Below, piece by piece: positions 60,368-64,000 of a stretch of DNA of 64,000 bases. Made by a program: the position numbers and the translations under genes. The notes beneath the pieces were generated by a model. The model saw only the letters and a list, made by a program, of their open reading frames with translations. It was not told where the DNA came from and did not search any database. Where the stretch lies: positions 5,568,001-5,632,000 of the forward strand of contig OY759599.1 of the NCBI GenBank assembly GCA_963662465.1, read 5' to 3'. The stretch is from Desulfatiglandales bacterium (GTDB taxonomy: Bacteria; Desulfobacterota; DSM-4660; Desulfatiglandales; Desulfatiglandaceae). The first letter of the stretch is position 1. Every line of letters begins with the position of its first letter.

Positions 60368-61108
60368 ATGGCCCGGCGACTTCAATTTGACATATTCCGC
60401 TACAACCCCCAGGACCCCCAGTCAACGCCCCATACGGATACCTTTCACCTGGAAGAAACGGACAGCATGACCCTCTTCATTGCACTCACCAAAATCCGCG
60501 AGGAGCTGGACCCATCATTGCAATTTGATTTCTGCTGTCGCGCCGGCATCTGCGGCGCCTGCGCCATGGTTATTAACGGTCGGCCGGGCCTTGCCTGCAA
60601 AACACTGATCAAGGAACTGCCGGATCAGATCACCCTCATGCCCCTGCCCGTGTTCAAACTGGTGGGAGATCTTTCGGTGGATACGGGCACCTGGTTTCGT
60701 GCCATGAACGAAAAAGTGGGGTCATGGATTCACACGGACAAGACCTTTGATCCCACGGCCCTGGAAGAACGTATGGACAATGCCCGGGCCGAAGAGATCT
60801 ATGAGCTTGAGCGCTGCGTGGAGTGCGGTTGCTGCGTGGCCGCTTGCGGTACCGCCAACATGCGGGAAGATTTCCTGGGGGCGGCAGCCTTGAACCGCAT
60901 CGCCCGCTTTATGCTGGATCCCCGGGACAACCGGAAAAACAAGGAATATTTTGAGGTTATCGGAACGGACGAGGGCATTTTCGGCTGCATGGGCCTTCTG
61001 GCCTGCGAGGATGTGTGCCCCAAACAGCTGCCCCTGCAGGACCAGCTGGGTATCCTGCGCCGTAAAATGGGGTGGACGGCCGTCAAGAATCTCTTTCATC
61101 TGGGTTAG
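60368..61108 (+). CDS. frdB: Fumarate reductase iron-sulfur subunit
   Basis: CRAGICGAC, CVECGCCVAAC, CMGLLACEDVCP. Confidence 0.96.
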   Translation: MARRLQFDIFRYNPQDPQSTPHTDTFHLEETDSMTLFIALTKIREELDPSLQFDFCCRAGICGACAMVINGRPGLACKTLIKELPDQITLMPLPVFKLVGDLSVDTGTWFRAMNEKVGSWIHTDKTFDPTALEERMDNARAEEIYELERCVECGCCVAACGTANMREDFLGAAALNRIARFMLDPRDNRKNKEYFEVIGTDEGIFGCMGLLACEDVCPKQLPLQDQLGILRRKMGWTAVKNLFHLG

Positions 61109-61175
61109 GGATCGAAATCCAACAACCGGAGGGGAACAGCGCTCCGGCGGTCTCCTAATCTCAACAGTTGAAGGG

Positions 61176-61637
61176 TTATCGATTTGCCTCGTAATCCGTT
61201 AAATCAATGGTTGGAAAAGTATACACCACCGGCGTGCAGGTCCCTTTGACAATAACCTCCAGATGACATGGAAACACTTTGCCGACCTCAATCCCATACT
61301 TCTTTAAGAACCCGTTCCTGGGATAGGTTCCGTTGATGAGCAACAGGCGATGGGTCTTTCCCTCTGTCCGGGCAAACGCTTCTTCAGGTTCTGTTTCAGC
61401 ATGAAAAACGAACTTTACGTCATACCCATCGCCGCTCCCCTTCGTATTTTTTAAGGCCGCCACTTTTTGAACCGAAACCATTTCAGCCGTTCCCGGATAT
61501 GTTTTGTAATGGCAGGGACCGCCCAAAACCTGTCCGGGCTCACGGGCTTTTGTTTCCCCACATGAAACGCTTCCCAAAAGAATCAAACAGAAGAGACCCA
61601 ACCGTTTTGCCGCAAATAACATGCTCGTTCTTTTCAT
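61176..61637 (-). CDS. Putative lipoprotein
   Basis: MKRT...LFCLILLGSVSC signal peptide with a lipobox-like end; GGGAGG RBS. Confidence 0.7.
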   Translation of the reverse strand: MKRTSMLFAAKRLGLFCLILLGSVSCGETKAREPGQVLGGPCHYKTYPGTAEMVSVQKVAALKNTKGSGDGYDVKFVFHAETEPEEAFARTEGKTHRLLLINGTYPRNGFLKKYGIEVGKVFPCHLEVIVKGTCTPVVYTFPTIDLTDYEANR

Positions 61638-61656
61638 ATGAACCCTCCCCGTACAT

Positions 61657-62913
61657 TTAAGCATCATGGCCTGGCTGAACAAATTCAATTTCCAACAGGG
61701 ATACGTCGTCATCGAAAATTTTCTTTCCCTGCCGCGCTTTCATGCTGTCGATAATCCCTTTCACATGGGCCATTTTTTCTTTATACAAATCATCCACCAT
61801 TTGAATGAAATCCTCTACCATACAGATTTTTCCGGAACAGCCCTCAATCTCATAAATGCCGTCGCTGAAAATATAGAGTCGCGTAAACGGTTTAAGCGAA
61901 AATGAAAAAGTGCGGTACGCCTTATCAGGCATGGCCCCGATGATGAATCCATCTCCCGCCAGCTTTTGGGCAATGGCTGTTTCGGGGGTGTCGCCGGCAA
62001 TGGCAATGGCCGGCGGGTGACCGCCGCCGGCATAGAGAATCTCCCGGCGTTGTTTATGATACACCCCGTACCAGATGGTAAAAAACATATCGTTGTGATG
62101 TTCCATTTTGAACACCTGGTTCAATTCAGCCAAGACCTGGCCTGGATCTCTGAAATCCACGTTATTCAGTGATTCGGCCCTTAAGGCATTGATAACGGAT
62201 ATGGACAAAAGGGCGGCCCCGATCCCATGACCGCATACATCCAGCAGATACATGGCAAAATGATCCGCATCGACCCAGTGATATCCGAAGGAATCACCCC
62301 CGAGGGAAGTGGAGGGGATAAACTCCCAATCCGTATGGATATCCCCCGTCAACCGTGGGGGGAGAAGTGCGCGAACATAGGCCGCTGCCTGCTTCAGCTC
62401 GCTGTTGAGCGCTGCCTGGCTGGCCAGGAGCGCATCGTAAGTCTCGTTGCGCTCAAGCAGCGTGATATACGCCTTTGAATGATAACGAATTCGAGCAATG
62501 AGTTCGATCTTGTCGGGCAGTTTTACCAGATAGTCGTTGGCGCCCAGGGCAAAGGCCTCGGCCTTGGTGGCAGGATCTTCCTTGCTGGAAAGTACGATGA
62601 GGGGAATCCGGCGAGTCGCTTCGGAAGCCCTGAAAAACCGAACCAGGGTCAACCCGTCGATCTCAGGCATGATCAAATCCTGCAGGATGATGGTGGGGTG
62701 AATTTTTCCGGCCATCTCAAGGGCCTTTGTGGGATTCTGACAGTATTCCAATTGAATGTCCGCCTCCTCCGACAACATTCGCCGAACGGCTTCGGCCACA
62801 ATGGCCTGGTCGTCCACAAGGAATACGATGATGGTGCGTTCGGAAAAAGCCGACTGTTCATGGGGATGTCGGGTGTTTGTGTGCATGGGGGCAATTTCTC
62901 CTGTTTTTCTCAC
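61657..62913 (-). CDS. Response regulator: WspR-like receiver plus PP2C/SpoIIE phosphatase
   Basis: LVDDQAIVAEAVRR, LQDLIMP, GANDYLVKLPDKIELIARIRYHS; PP2C motifs GGD, DVCGHG, SDG, DDVS. Confidence 0.92.
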   Translation of the reverse strand: MRKTGEIAPMHTNTRHPHEQSAFSERTIIVFLVDDQAIVAEAVRRMLSEEADIQLEYCQNPTKALEMAGKIHPTIILQDLIMPEIDGLTLVRFFRASEATRRIPLIVLSSKEDPATKAEAFALGANDYLVKLPDKIELIARIRYHSKAYITLLERNETYDALLASQAALNSELKQAAAYVRALLPPRLTGDIHTDWEFIPSTSLGGDSFGYHWVDADHFAMYLLDVCGHGIGAALLSISVINALRAESLNNVDFRDPGQVLAELNQVFKMEHHNDMFFTIWYGVYHKQRREILYAGGGHPPAIAIAGDTPETAIAQKLAGDGFIIGAMPDKAYRTFSFSLKPFTRLYIFSDGIYEIEGCSGKICMVEDFIQMVDDLYKEKMAHVKGIIDSMKARQGKKIFDDDVSLLEIEFVQPGHDA

Positions 62914-64000
62914 GCCACAGCGACATCAGGCGTCATGCGTTTAAAAAATGCGGCTGCCGAGGGTGGAATGGAGGTCATACTGACCCGGAAAATCGCCGGA
63001 TCCTTTGAAATGCTTTTGATCACCTTGGCATAGAGATCCGGAGTGATCTCGGTTTTCTCATGATCAAAAAGGGAAATTTTCAAGTTGACCAACTTATCCG
63101 CCGAAACTTCAGCCGATATCTGGGCGGTTTTGTCAAAGAGTTTGTCCACGGCGCCCTTATACCGGGCATCACCTGCGTGTTTTCCTTCAAGCACCGTAAA
63201 TTCAATGGGAATTGGATGGGGCAAATCCAGCAGGGTTACATCCACTTTTTCCGGTAGAAAGAGGTTAAATTTACCCTTGATGCCCCCCACCTCATAAATG
63301 GTGATGGGCTTTTTGACCCCTTTGGGCATAACGTCCATCCGATCGTCGATCCTCAGCAAGTGCTGGCCGCATTCTTCCACGGTATTTTCTGAAATAAAAA
63401 TCTGACCGCCCACGGTGTACGATTCAATCCGTGCGGTAAGGTTCACATTGCGACCCACCACACCGTATTTCATCCGTTTTTTGCTTCCGATGTTTCCCAC
63501 CACCAGCTGGCCCGAATTGATGCCGATGCCTTGATGAACCTCGGGATACCCCTTTTCCCGGCACCGGCTGTTCACCTGAGCCATGGCCAGCTGCATCTCG
63601 ATGGCGCAAGCCACCGCCCGCTTGGCGTCATTGTCCCGCAAAATAGGGGCGCCGAAAATAACAAAGATGGCATCCCCGATAAACTCGTCGATGGTTCCCT
63701 GGTATTTCAGGACAATCTCCGTCATGGTCTCAAGATAGATATTGATAATGCCCACCACATCTTCTGCCGGAAGCCGCTCGCCAATGGCCGTAAACCCCCT
63801 GAGATCGGTCATCATGATCGTCACAAACCGTTTTTCCCCACCCAGGGCCGCACCCTCGGGACTTTCAAGGATGGCATCCACAATATCATCGGAGAGATAT
63901 TGGCCGAATGTTTTACGAATAAGCCGATTGGCCTTTTCCAATTGCGTCTGGGCTTCGTTTCTCTGCAGAAGGTTGATGTAGCCTCTGGAGTGGTATCGGA
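62910..64000 (-). CDS. Class III adenylate/guanylate cyclase with an N-terminal WspR-like receiver; partial at the window edge
   Basis: TDLRGFT, DEFIGDA, GNIGSKKRMKYGVVGRNVNLTARIE. The frame is open to the window end (RYHSRGYINLLQRNEAQ). Confidence 0.92.
   Translation of the reverse strand, partial: RYHSRGYINLLQRNEAQTQLEKANRLIRKTFGQYLSDDIVDAILESPEGAALGGEKRFVTIMMTDLRGFTAIGERLPAEDVVGIINIYLETMTEIVLKYQGTIDEFIGDAIFVIFGAPILRDNDAKRAVACAIEMQLAMAQVNSRCREKGYPEVHQGIGINSGQLVVGNIGSKKRMKYGVVGRNVNLTARIESYTVGGQIFISENTVEECGQHLLRIDDRMDVMPKGVKKPITIYEVGGIKGKFNLFLPEKVDVTLLDLPHPIPIEFTVLEGKHAGDARYKGAVDKLFDKTAQISAEVSADKLVNLKISLFDHEKTEITPDLYAKVIKSISKDPAIFRVSMTSIPPSAAAFFKRMTPDVAVA

Noticed and set aside
1..64000. CRISPR array, tRNA or rRNA genes
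   Set aside because: I saw no regularly spaced repeats with unique spacers and no tRNA or rRNA signatures. The Cas4-like and WYL domains have no cas1/cas2 or array nearby.

Overview
The window has two parts. Positions 1 to ~43,600 are a defence island in which every credible gene is on the + strand. Positions ~43,800-64,000 are ordinary housekeeping genes of an anaerobic, probably deltaproteobacterial, genome: peptidoglycan recycling (amgK-murU/nagZ), dinB, an antiporter, lipAB, an RND pump, frdCAB and Wsp-like signalling outputs. The island backbone is the 3' end of a large DNA methyltransferase, a 2116-aa YprA/DUF1998 helicase and a RelE-like/UvrD helicase, a DISARM/Druantia-related, ARMADA-like layout. 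Cargo between and after these genes includes a MITE-disrupted PemK toxin-antitoxin pair, three integron-type cassettes with attC sites but no integrase, a structured RNA resembling the 5' part of a group II intron, two YhcG nucleases, a Septu-like ATPase/HNH pair, sbcDC, a Ser/Thr kinase-TPR-FHA protein, a Gabija-like remnant, ATPase/DUF4276 and RloAB. The best candidate for an undescribed system is a module of NERD-helicase, acidic Zn-ribbon protein, DEDDh exonuclease-WYL, TM0106/Cas4-like nuclease and Upf1/DNA2-like helicase. A diverged 5.5-kb copy of the 20-kb region 14.7-34.8 kb, collapsed by internal deletions, sits at 38.1-43.6 kb. In six two-gene modules the nuclease or toxin is broken while its partner is intact. 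All family calls come from motifs read by eye; no database search was run.
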